A stretch of 64,000 nucleotides of DNA from a virus. The DNA lies in IMG/VR virus record IMGVR_UViG_3300009103_000012, positions 20,395-84,394 of that record; one strand, written 5' to 3'. The stretch's first letter is position 1; each line of letters opens with the position of its first letter. Shown one piece after another: positions 56,901-64,000 of the stretch. A program made the position numbers and the translations under genes. The notes under the pieces are model-generated. The model saw nothing but the letters and a program-made list of their open reading frames with translations. It did no database searches and was not told where the DNA came from.

Positions 56901-57048
56901 TTGCCATTGTTATTGGAACAAATGCTCGTCCTTGATCTGCTGTTCCGATAACTCCAGCTGGTACTCCGCTCGGTCCGGTTTGTGTCGGACCCGAAAGGTC
57001 TATCTCTTTGGTAGAAACACCCGGGCTCTTAAATGTAAGTTCAGCCAT
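53911..57048 (-). CDS. Tail sheath protein, copy 2
   Basis: SPGVSTKEIDLS, GGFDG, WFAPAGFTRG, FGQKTL...SALDRVNVRRLL, FEPN, EFISLDFVVT. Confidence 0.92.
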   Translation of the reverse strand: MAELTFKSPGVSTKEIDLSGPTQTGPSGVPAGVIGTADQGRAFVPITMATFADFVAEFGNTDGTKFGPMAMRQWLTYTQAGTYLRTLGCGDGKKRESTGVVTNAGFIVGEQLPKGNGILGANVYAGTRSGANPGPLGRAHFLAVCMSGSKMPNSDKNYLQEAGLELSAPVLRGVILAASGVLPALSASRAAAGSEGTRGTAGYGGGLFSGNNLPLGAPTAQNLAADTAYGSGGTNNAGSTLGAVDIAGGKQEFVLMLNGHTHTDSFPTVITASFDPTAPNYLGNVLNTDPLDVQKAGHYLYAHWPVYPNFAVPTGSNYMGYNYQPAVNAVIGSRLTKYEDIAFLVTSSLGRNAGSATIPDFEGFRDRFRTARAPKVISQAYGGSEKDLFRIWCLDDGAIGNHRVKISIENIVKSTNVNNKYCTFDLAVRDFEDTDDLPVVIEKFPKLSLNPLDERYIARVIGDYHLYYDFDKRAGSQKLVVEGSYPNRSNYIRVEPVDALDKGEIPADALPCGFRGIDHLVTSGSSIFKMTSADFAPNLGSDTFPTANIVQPPIPFRSTVSRGKSPRKVLSSQLYWGIQFEVKDNIDEPNKSTVMDTSIKNYGTYFPDFRQDQQAAMVGDNVGTADSSGTIFDCDRFNNNKFSLENVQVVVTAADKADSNQWAAATYRRAGAAENMADIDGSTKTTASGLTRLLSVEKDFGLSSVRKFLKFTFMAQGGFDGLNIFDRNKFDMTSTACKREMDDSTQGETSGPTVAAYRKALDILEQRSDVNIQLLAIPGIKHESVTDYAITTVEDRFDALYVMDIETTDTLGNVVTGSNEIVSVTNTVADFTSRNLDSSFAAAYFPDVIMEEVNTGQNVVAPASVAVLGAFGLNDKIAYPWFAPAGFTRGALKHVREASVKLNRGNLDALYDADINPITAFPQSKEVVVFGQKTLLAAQSALDRVNVRRLLIDIRRQVRAIGDTFLFEPNREATLARFSAAVNPILARIQQQQGLDRFKVQIDATTTTQADIENNTVRGKIFLQPTRSVEFISLDFVVTNAGMDI

Positions 57049-57075
57049 TTGAAATAATCTCCTGTATTCTCTTCT

Positions 57076-57082
57076 TAACTAT
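57076..57082 (-). promoter_or_regulatory. ATANTTA motif (ATAGTTA) upstream of sheath copy 2
   Basis: Intergenic. Confidence 0.55.
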
Positions 57083-57083
57083 A

Positions 57084-60000
57084 CTACGCAAAATCTACAC
57101 CACTATTTGTTATGATAAAATCTATAGCAATAAATTCGATTGCTCTTGTGGGTACGACTACGATGCGACCATTTAGTCTGTTATTTTCAACATCTTCTGA
57201 TGTGTTGTTAGTGTTATCCATCACGACCTTGAAGGATTCAATACCTTGCTGGGACTGAATAGTCGCAAGGAGTGGTGTAACCTGGCCGATGAAGCGTGCT
57301 CTGGTAGCGTCATTGTTAGGCTCGAATAGAATCTTGTCAGCGATAGCAACAACTTGACGTTTAACTTCAAGTAACATTCTTCGAACATTAACTCTGTCAA
57401 GAGCTGATTTCGCTAGTTGACATGTCTTCTGACCAAATATTACGAAGCTTCCATCCGAGAAGTTCGCGATTGGATTAACTCTCGCATCATATAAATCATC
57501 TCTATCACCAGCTGTCAGTCTAACGGACGTGTTACTTACCATGCTAAGTCCGCCGCGGTTGAAACCGGCTGGAGCGAACCAGGGATACGCGACCTTATCG
57601 TTATACCCTAATGCGGACATAACGGCTACAGAAGCTGGAACCTGAACTTTCGAATTCGTGTTCTTGTCAGTGATATAAACATCTGGAAAATATGCTGCCG
57701 TGTAGTTGTTATCAAATACTCTTGACTCAAACTGCTCAGCTGTTTCTCTAACATCTGGTAATGAGTAGGATGCGCTTGCAATCTTTGAGCTATCTTCACC
57801 ACCGAACAGACGAGTTTCACTCTCAGTCCAGGATGGAATATCCATTACATACATGGCCATGGAGTATTCTTTCGTCTTCAATGCTGCGTGGTCTGTAACA
57901 TATGGATCACGGATACCAGGAACGGCCAAAAGATTAATTCTTGTGGTCATTGGATCTGTCATAATCTCAGCAGCTTTTCTATAAGCTTGGATATAGTTGT
58001 TCAAGCGGCCCTGACCAGACTGATTCGTAATCGAACCATCGCTGTTCTTAGGACCAAGACCAATCGTTCCTTGATTAAACTCATCAGAAGCCAATCCGGT
58101 TAACCCACCCGACGTTGCATCGGTTGAAGTCGCTCTATCTGTCATGTAGAACATGTCTCTATTAAGAATATTGACACCATCAAATCCACCAAAGAGCGGA
58201 ATATTGAATGCAGTATATGCAGTGAATCGGTTGAACTTAACTGAGCTGGACTGAATCAGTGTTGCCAGAGTTACACGGCCCTGGCCAGACTTGTCAGGAT
58301 CCATAACAGCATATGTCTGCGAATCAGGTACACCATTTCTAATATAGCATGCTTCTTTCATCACCTCTTGCGCTGTACCTGTAACGTACGTTAATAAATT
58401 AGGACCACTACTACCTGTTCCAACTAGAGCGACTCGAGCCAATGTGAACTTGTTCGCATTGAAAACATCTCTACCTGATCCGGTTGTAACCGTATCAAGC
58501 TTCTCAATACCATTCATCTTGGTGTACGCCTTGATAAGCGGATTCGCGATGTTTGATGCGTTAACATTGAGGTTTGCAGACGCCATACTACCCGTTTCTG
58601 GACAGCGGCTCCACTTAACACCCCAGTTTAGACGGCGGTCAACAATCTCTCTTGAACTTGGGTCACCAGCCATTCCACTGTAGTTGTTCTTAACATTCCC
58701 ACGAGTTACCTTGAAGCGGAACGGAAGTGGGGGAACAATAGAGCCTGTCAATGGACCAGCTGAAGCAGCCGATGATCCACCGCCACCCCACATTCTGCCA
58801 CTACCGTCGGCGCCGTAATACACACCATCCATCTCAAGACGTCTCCTCGGAGAATCTGTCATGGAGTTTGATGTCTTAATAACAGGGACACCGCTAAAGC
58901 CGAATGGGCACGCATCTTTGGGAACTAAGCGATTATAAACTGACTCGTGTATTACTACACGAACAAAATTCGAAAGGTTCGGATATCGACCAGTAACGAT
59001 AATTCTCTTTTCATCATCATTTTCAGCATCGAAGTTATACCGTGCCTTATAGTCACCAATCCTTCGAGCAACAAAGTTTTCAGATGTAGGATCGAGGTTA
59101 CAAGCGGGATATGTTTCCAAAACTTGCGGGTCCATATCGGAATCATCAAACCTACGAACTTGTACTTCAAACTCAGGGTATGGATAGTTTCCATCCGTAG
59201 AGGCCCGTAGATTCGCTATAGTAATCTTTACGTTACTACTTCCATACTCACCATCCGAAAGAGACTCGAAGTGAACCAAGGGATATTCAGTGCCACCGTA
59301 AGGTTGCGAAAATACCTGCGGTGTCTTTGCGGTTGTGTATCTAGTATCGAAGCGACCGAATGCGCTTAGGGCTTTTCTTGATGCCCCGGTAAGCGCATTA
59401 TTAAGATTATCACCTGACCCAGAAAGTAATCCAAGGGGATAAGCAGCGGATGCCCCACCAGACTCATCAACGCCAGCAATTTCAGCCTCAACTGCAAAGT
59501 CAAGATATAAAAGGTGCTGATGCTCGTAAAACTTGAGGGGATCAGTATTCAATATATTAGAGATGTAATTCTTATTTGTAGGATCAAGCGATGCAGTCAT
59601 AATTTTTACGCCTGGTCCCGCGATCGTTCTTCCGTACTTATCGGTCGCAGCATACTGCGATGTGTAAGCCCCACCTCTAGATGAAGATACTGCTAGCGCA
59701 AAAAGATTTCCACCATTTGTAAAGCCAGCGCGCGCATCAAGGTTGTCGGCCCAATCTTGACCGATGTCAAGAATCTGCATACGACTTCCAGATGCGGTAA
59801 AGATTACACCACGAACAAGATTAACTGTTCCTGCACCAGAGATGTTGAATGATGGGTTATCAATGAACATCGGGTGAGAATAATCGGTCGCACCAGAAAC
59901 GTAGTGTTTGGCCACTAAAAACTGTACGCAACTGTCGGTGTACTTTCCTACATCACCACCATTAGCGGTATCAATGTTCCACTGCGATGTCGCAGGAACG

Positions 60001-60338
60001 ATCTTAAATCCAGCATTTTTTACAGTGCCAAGATTTTGAGTGTTTGAAATATCGGTGGTGCTCTCATTTGCACCAGCCCCCAAAACCCGCATATACGTTA
60101 AAGCAGTCCTGTTGGCCAGGAATGCTTGTACAGCGTAAGGACCAAATCGATTCGTATCAATATCGCCAAACTTATTGATAAAGTCTGTCATGCTTCCCAC
60201 CGTTACCGGTACGAATGCAGGACCTTTTTCTGCGGTTCCAACAACACCTGCTGGAGTGCCTACGATTGAGGTTTCTCTTGCGGTCGCGTCAATTTCGCGC
60301 TCGAAAAAACCTGGGGATCTAAATGTTTGCTCTGCCAT
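57084..60338 (-). CDS. Tail sheath protein, copy 1
   Basis: SPGFFEREID, GTAEKGPAFVP, WFAPAGFNRG, FGQKT...SALDRVNVRRML, FEPN, EFIAIDFIIT. Confidence 0.92.
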   Translation of the reverse strand: MAEQTFRSPGFFEREIDATARETSIVGTPAGVVGTAEKGPAFVPVTVGSMTDFINKFGDIDTNRFGPYAVQAFLANRTALTYMRVLGAGANESTTDISNTQNLGTVKNAGFKIVPATSQWNIDTANGGDVGKYTDSCVQFLVAKHYVSGATDYSHPMFIDNPSFNISGAGTVNLVRGVIFTASGSRMQILDIGQDWADNLDARAGFTNGGNLFALAVSSSRGGAYTSQYAATDKYGRTIAGPGVKIMTASLDPTNKNYISNILNTDPLKFYEHQHLLYLDFAVEAEIAGVDESGGASAAYPLGLLSGSGDNLNNALTGASRKALSAFGRFDTRYTTAKTPQVFSQPYGGTEYPLVHFESLSDGEYGSSNVKITIANLRASTDGNYPYPEFEVQVRRFDDSDMDPQVLETYPACNLDPTSENFVARRIGDYKARYNFDAENDDEKRIIVTGRYPNLSNFVRVVIHESVYNRLVPKDACPFGFSGVPVIKTSNSMTDSPRRRLEMDGVYYGADGSGRMWGGGGSSAASAGPLTGSIVPPLPFRFKVTRGNVKNNYSGMAGDPSSREIVDRRLNWGVKWSRCPETGSMASANLNVNASNIANPLIKAYTKMNGIEKLDTVTTGSGRDVFNANKFTLARVALVGTGSSGPNLLTYVTGTAQEVMKEACYIRNGVPDSQTYAVMDPDKSGQGRVTLATLIQSSSVKFNRFTAYTAFNIPLFGGFDGVNILNRDMFYMTDRATSTDATSGGLTGLASDEFNQGTIGLGPKNSDGSITNQSGQGRLNNYIQAYRKAAEIMTDPMTTRINLLAVPGIRDPYVTDHAALKTKEYSMAMYVMDIPSWTESETRLFGGEDSSKIASASYSLPDVRETAEQFESRVFDNNYTAAYFPDVYITDKNTNSKVQVPASVAVMSALGYNDKVAYPWFAPAGFNRGGLSMVSNTSVRLTAGDRDDLYDARVNPIANFSDGSFVIFGQKTCQLAKSALDRVNVRRMLLEVKRQVVAIADKILFEPNNDATRARFIGQVTPLLATIQSQQGIESFKVVMDNTNNTSEDVENNRLNGRIVVVPTRAIEFIAIDFIITNSGVDFA

Positions 60339-60371
60339 GAGTCGGGTCTCCTGGATCTTCTATATCACAAA

Positions 60372-60378
60372 TAACTAT
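60372..60378 (-). promoter_or_regulatory. ATANTTA motif (ATAGTTA) upstream of sheath copy 1
   Basis: Intergenic. Confidence 0.55.
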
Positions 60379-60412
60379 TTCGTACGATGCCTAAATGTCT
60401 CATATAGCTTTA

Positions 60413-61741
60413 TCAATCTTTGAGTAGTTTCCCAAGATCAATAGCAATGCCACTGGGTGACTTCTTACTAAACTTAAAAACTGCTTCTCCCGTTTTGGGA
60501 TCTGCACTTGAAATCATGATTTCGAGATGCTCTTTCTTTCCTGTAAAGGGGTTAATACTTGTAATTATAGTCTTCGGACTCGTTAATCTCGCTGGACCTG
60601 CAAGATTTGCCGCTGACTGTCCTCCCACTTCAACTGTCGGGGTACCGGGGAACCCACCTATTGCCCCTGCGCCCTTCGGTGCCCCTATTCCTGCCGGGGG
60701 ATTCCCTTCATCAGCTGGTGTGACACCTGCAAAAATCCATGCCATTGGATCTCCTGATGGGATACCGGCGGGTGGTGGGCTGGCCGGAATGCCGCCAATA
60801 TTTTGGCTTACGCCAAATTGAACATCAGGGGAAGACACTGTTTTTCTAAACGGCACTGGCATTCCGGGCTCTTGTGCTACAACCATATAAGCTGCTACAC
60901 TCATTGTGAAATTATATTTGACTAATCTCTCTGCATCTGTAAAATCATCAAAATTATTCTGTGGTGTCAGCGCGGCGTCGACAAACGCAGAGAATCTATA
61001 CCCAGTCTCTGTTTCAATCACAAATGTTCGTCTTCTATTCTCAACATACCCACCCATCAAAACATTGATCATTGAATTCATCTCTTGAGTATATTGTGTC
61101 CAAAACGTAATTTCATAAGTGGCAGTGTATTGTTTGATAGGGGGGATCTGAATCATTTCTACCAAATTCTTTCGAAGATTAGGAGTTAAGAGCGTGCCGC
61201 GGCGGCTTGAGACTGTCACGGACGGTGCAGCTCTTCTAGTGGCAAGGCGACCGTTGGTGGTTCCCCCACCATCTCCATCATCCTGGTTAGCAAAAGCTCC
61301 AATAGCGGACTCGTCCGAATTTTTGAAACCATGAATGTTTTGTAACCTTTGATACCTCAAATCATCTTCGCTTAATTTCACTTTTACCGTAATTGGTCCG
61401 CCCTGAAATTGACCAGCTCCTTTTGCACCTTCTTGATCAATACCGGTTCTTATAACTGATATTAAGGGTAAAATCAGCGCATTGGACTTGTCTCGTAATG
61501 GCTTATTTCTAGCAAGAATAGCAAATCTTTCACCTGTTGCGAAAATTACGGGGATACGCTTCTGCTGGTCTTTTCTTTTGTAGAAAAGAGGTAATTCCTT
61601 ATTAAAGAGCTCAAAAACACCGCGGTCGACGTCTTCTATGGTACAAGAGGGCATTGTGAAGTCATTAGCTTCATCACCATTATCATAGCCGGAATCGACT
61701 GTCTGATACTGCCCTTTTGTTAAAGAATATCTTGTCGCCAT
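60413..61741 (-). CDS. Tail completion / sheath terminator protein (gp15-like)
   Basis: IPVIFATGER, LPLISV.R, ATYEITFWTQY..EMN; position between neck and sheath genes. Confidence 0.6.
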   Translation of the reverse strand: MATRYSLTKGQYQTVDSGYDNGDEANDFTMPSCTIEDVDRGVFELFNKELPLFYKRKDQQKRIPVIFATGERFAILARNKPLRDKSNALILPLISVIRTGIDQEGAKGAGQFQGGPITVKVKLSEDDLRYQRLQNIHGFKNSDESAIGAFANQDDGDGGGTTNGRLATRRAAPSVTVSSRRGTLLTPNLRKNLVEMIQIPPIKQYTATYEITFWTQYTQEMNSMINVLMGGYVENRRRTFVIETETGYRFSAFVDAALTPQNNFDDFTDAERLVKYNFTMSVAAYMVVAQEPGMPVPFRKTVSSPDVQFGVSQNIGGIPASPPPAGIPSGDPMAWIFAGVTPADEGNPPAGIGAPKGAGAIGGFPGTPTVEVGGQSAANLAGPARLTSPKTIITSINPFTGKKEHLEIMISSADPKTGEAVFKFSKKSPSGIAIDLGKLLKD

Positions 61742-61742
61742 A

Positions 61743-62417
61743 TTAACTCTCGTCGTAGAAAGATGAACTTATCTCACCTGGAGAACCCTCTGGTGATACC
61801 TCAGCCGGAGCTGGCTCGGGGGGTAGTTGCAACTTTCCTTGTTCAATTAATGCGCGCTTATCACCGGTGGGACCTTCGGCATTTTCAGCAAAGCCTCTCT
61901 GTTGAATAAACGTGCGTTGGATAGCGTCGGGATCTCCTGGATAATAGCCTTCATCAGTAGGACCAATCGGGGGTTTATCAATAAGTCCTTTTCTGGCTTG
62001 CTTCCCAAGAAGCTTAACGCCTGTCATATATTCAATCTCTCCGTAGATATTAGACTGCCATGTGAGGGAGGTAATTTCAAAGAACGTTTCACCGTATGAA
62101 AAGTAATCGCCCTCTTGAACGTCTATATCTCTATCTATTAAGTCTTTGTAGTGAAGATACACTTCTATTGTATAAAGTTGCTCAGAACCGAAACGATTAG
62201 TAACCACTGTCTGTGGAGACCATAAAACTTGGGCCTCTATTTCCAGTGGCGGATCGAAATATTTGTCGATAGCTTCTTCATAAACATCATGAATTTGCGT
62301 CACGTCTGTACGAACAGCGTAATAGTAGACCTTCTGACCCACTACATCTTTCATTATCTCTTTAGTCAAATCAGAGATAAGATCTTGTTCGCGCGGAGTT
62401 ATAAAGAGTCTTGCCAT
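61743..62417 (-). CDS. Head closure / neck protein (gp14-like)
   Basis: GQKVYYY, DVYEE, FG, EGDYF.YG..FFEI; position. Confidence 0.6.
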   Translation of the reverse strand: MARLFITPREQDLISDLTKEIMKDVVGQKVYYYAVRTDVTQIHDVYEEAIDKYFDPPLEIEAQVLWSPQTVVTNRFGSEQLYTIEVYLHYKDLIDRDIDVQEGDYFSYGETFFEITSLTWQSNIYGEIEYMTGVKLLGKQARKGLIDKPPIGPTDEGYYPGDPDAIQRTFIQQRGFAENAEGPTGDKRALIEQGKLQLPPEPAPAEVSPEGSPGEISSSFYDES

Positions 62418-62427
62418 CTTTCAACCC

Positions 62428-63603
62428 TCACTTAATAACGATAGATTTACCCAGCGGCATTGGCATTGCCTTCAGGGCTCTCATAATATTTTCTGCATCT
62501 GTAGCTTGTCCTTCTAAGAGTTTGCTATAAGTTAAGCTGTCAAGTAATTCCACGAGCTGGTCTCTTAACCTTGTCTGGTCTTCGCGACCTTGCGAAACTA
62601 GATCAGCTCCGTTGAGATTCAAGTCACCAGACGGTATAGGAACAGTGGCAAATTTAGAACGGACTAACCCTAAAAGCTCTTTACACAAAGCAAGTGTATA
62701 TTCCCGAACCCACTGTCGGCCAACAGAATTGGTATGTTTATAGCTCATCCGCCCAAAAGGAACATTCGACAGATTAGACGTCCCATAAATCGTATCATCC
62801 TGAATGTCAGGATCATACGGATTCGGCGCAAACGCGACTCGAATCCAAAGCTTCATTGGGTTATTTGACCCAGTCAGCTCAGTAGGCATTGGATAAATTC
62901 GAATCCTTTCACCAATAATTCTATAAGAATAATTTGATTTTCTTACACGGTTCGATATGTCCATCTGGCCAGCGCGGAGAACATCTTCAAAGACTGGTAA
63001 GACGTAAAAAATCGTCTCAGGAGTAAACGACTCAAAACTGAATTCATTATTAAGATAATTGACAGCTGACGTCGTATCGAAGAATCTATAGGCTGCCTGG
63101 GGGCTGAAGTGGAAAACTTCCTTGATCCTCATTTTTGTACGAGGAGAATTTCTACTGCTTGAAACAATAAGATTCCCATCACCATCTTTTAGCTCATCGT
63201 ATATATTATAGTCTTGTCGTTTATATTCCAACTGAATCGAGCCGGAAACCTCGTTATAAGACCCACCAATTCCAGCTTCCATAGAATATGGTTCTGCCAT
63301 TCGAAGAAGGAATTCGAGATTCTGTTTTGGAAAAAGTCCAGTCTTATTACTTCCAGTTGTGTATCCAAGAAGATTTGCCAACTGTGACTTTGCGTCTGCT
63401 TCATTGATTATGCGGCCATATTCCAGAAAAGACTCTTCAAAGCATGCCCACATCTGCTTTTTTGTTAGCTCAACACTGAGAATATCATCACCTAACTTTC
63501 TCTTGACAAACGAAACCATAGCATCAGCTTCTGTCTGGAACTCGGTATCAGTATCAAAAAAGCTAAAAGGAGTTGGATTTTTAGTATAAGCAAAAGAAGA
63601 CAT
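62428..63603 (-). CDS. Neck / head-tail adaptor protein (gp13-like)
   Basis: KRKLG...VELT..Q, WVREYTLALCKELLG.VRSKF..VP.P.G...LNG. Confidence 0.75.
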   Translation of the reverse strand: MSSFAYTKNPTPFSFFDTDTEFQTEADAMVSFVKRKLGDDILSVELTKKQMWACFEESFLEYGRIINEADAKSQLANLLGYTTGSNKTGLFPKQNLEFLLRMAEPYSMEAGIGGSYNEVSGSIQLEYKRQDYNIYDELKDGDGNLIVSSSRNSPRTKMRIKEVFHFSPQAAYRFFDTTSAVNYLNNEFSFESFTPETIFYVLPVFEDVLRAGQMDISNRVRKSNYSYRIIGERIRIYPMPTELTGSNNPMKLWIRVAFAPNPYDPDIQDDTIYGTSNLSNVPFGRMSYKHTNSVGRQWVREYTLALCKELLGLVRSKFATVPIPSGDLNLNGADLVSQGREDQTRLRDQLVELLDSLTYSKLLEGQATDAENIMRALKAMPMPLGKSIVIK

Positions 63604-63650
63604 TCATCACCCTACTGATAACTATTATGTAGGGTGACAAATGTCTTCTT
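63594..63650 (-). promoter_or_regulatory. Hairpin covering the RBS and start codon, with the late-promoter-like motif in its loop
   Basis: mRNA AAGAAGACAUU-UG-UCACCCUAC [AUAAUAGUUAUCA] GUAGGGUGA-UG-AAUGUCUUCUU: 22 bp including two G-U pairs. Confidence 0.75.
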
Positions 63651-63673
63651 CGAAGCGCAAGCGAAAGCTAGCT

Positions 63674-63916
63674 CTAGTGTAGACCAGCCTCGGTAAGTTG
63701 CCAATCTCGAATGTTTGCGGACTTGCGCAAAAGATTTAAGATCTTGACATTTCTAGTTTCAAGAGCTTTAACCCGATTTTCAAGAGCTTCAATCCGACTA
63801 TCTGAAGTGTTCGTCACCTGAGTTTGCTTCGCAGGTGTTGGGTTTGTGGTAGTCTTTCGGGTCGTCGTTTTCTTTGTCGTTGCCTTAGGCGTAGTTGCCT
63901 TGCTCGTAGTTGCCAT
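63674..63916 (-). CDS. Small basic Thr/Lys-rich protein with coiled coil
   Basis: 80 aa with GGAGG RBS; upstream TTTACT-N16-TATATT with TG extension (63942-63969). Confidence 0.65.
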   Translation of the reverse strand: MATTSKATTPKATTKKTTTRKTTTNPTPAKQTQVTNTSDSRIEALENRVKALETRNVKILNLLRKSANIRDWQLTEAGLH

Positions 63917-63971
63917 GTCGTCCTATCCTCCAGGAAATTACAATATAACATAACAATCACAACAGTAAAGT

Positions 63972-64000
63972 AAAAAATGCCGCCCCGGAGGGCGGCATTT
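63972..64000 (-). terminator. Rho-independent terminator of the gene upstream of the window
   Basis: Minus strand AAATGCCGCC-CTCCGG-GGCGGCATTTTTT. Confidence 0.8.

Noticed and set aside
38956-61741. Extracellular contractile injection system or tailocin interpretation (two sheaths, tube, LysM, hub)
   Set aside because: Contiguous with gp13/gp14-like neck genes, a long TMP and a full phage replication module, so a myovirus tail is the simpler reading.
343-63589. Numerous plus-strand ORFs of 60-190 aa in the ORF track
   Set aside because: All lie antisense to long, motif-bearing minus-strand genes, have Ser/Phe/Pro-rich shadow composition and no recognisable motifs.
1-64000. tRNA genes, CRISPR arrays, IS elements, integrase, alternative genetic code
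   Set aside because: Intergenic gaps are mostly under 100 nt with no cloverleaf or repeat-spacer pattern seen by eye (tRNAscan not run). Genes are full length in code 11 and end in TAA, TAG and TGA.

Overview
This 64 kb window comes from a large lytic myovirus-type bacteriophage. Essentially every real gene is on the minus strand, densely packed, in the standard genetic code. In transcription order (right to left) it contains five blocks. (1) Neck/tail morphogenesis: T4 gp13/14/15-like proteins, two tandem sheath paralogues of over 1000 aa each, tail tube, a chaperone pair with a likely frameshift, a 1859-aa tape measure and baseplate proteins. (2) Replication/recombination: a PolA-type polymerase domain, DEDDh exonuclease, gp32-like SSB, RecA, 5'-3' exonuclease, DnaB, class II RNR and DnaE. 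(3) Metabolic and host-interaction genes: ClpP, an amidase endolysin, type II glutamine synthetase, a thioesterase, ThyX, a dCTPase/dUTPase and a J-domain protein. (4) A compact DNA-hypermodification operon directly behind dnaE. (5) Acidic, probably head-packaged late proteins carrying borrowed domains (SOD fold without metal ligands, PCD, sigma region 4, ParB-like), plus holin/spanin-like membrane proteins. The best candidate for an undescribed system is the operon at 12.3-19.35 kb. It combines a dCMP-type thymidylate synthase homologue (Asp at the specificity position), UDP-galactopyranose mutase, a T4 beta-glucosyltransferase-like enzyme, a dNMP kinase, an NDP-sugar 4-epimerase and a cupin. 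Together these predict genomic cytosines carrying a furanose sugar, most simply galactofuranosyl-5-hydroxymethylcytosine. Regulatory signals read directly from the DNA are a recurring ATANTTA late-promoter-like motif, sigma70-like promoters before replication genes, a 22-bp hairpin that hides an RBS and has the late motif in its loop, and a T7 slippery site. All family assignments come from motif recognition; no database searches were run.
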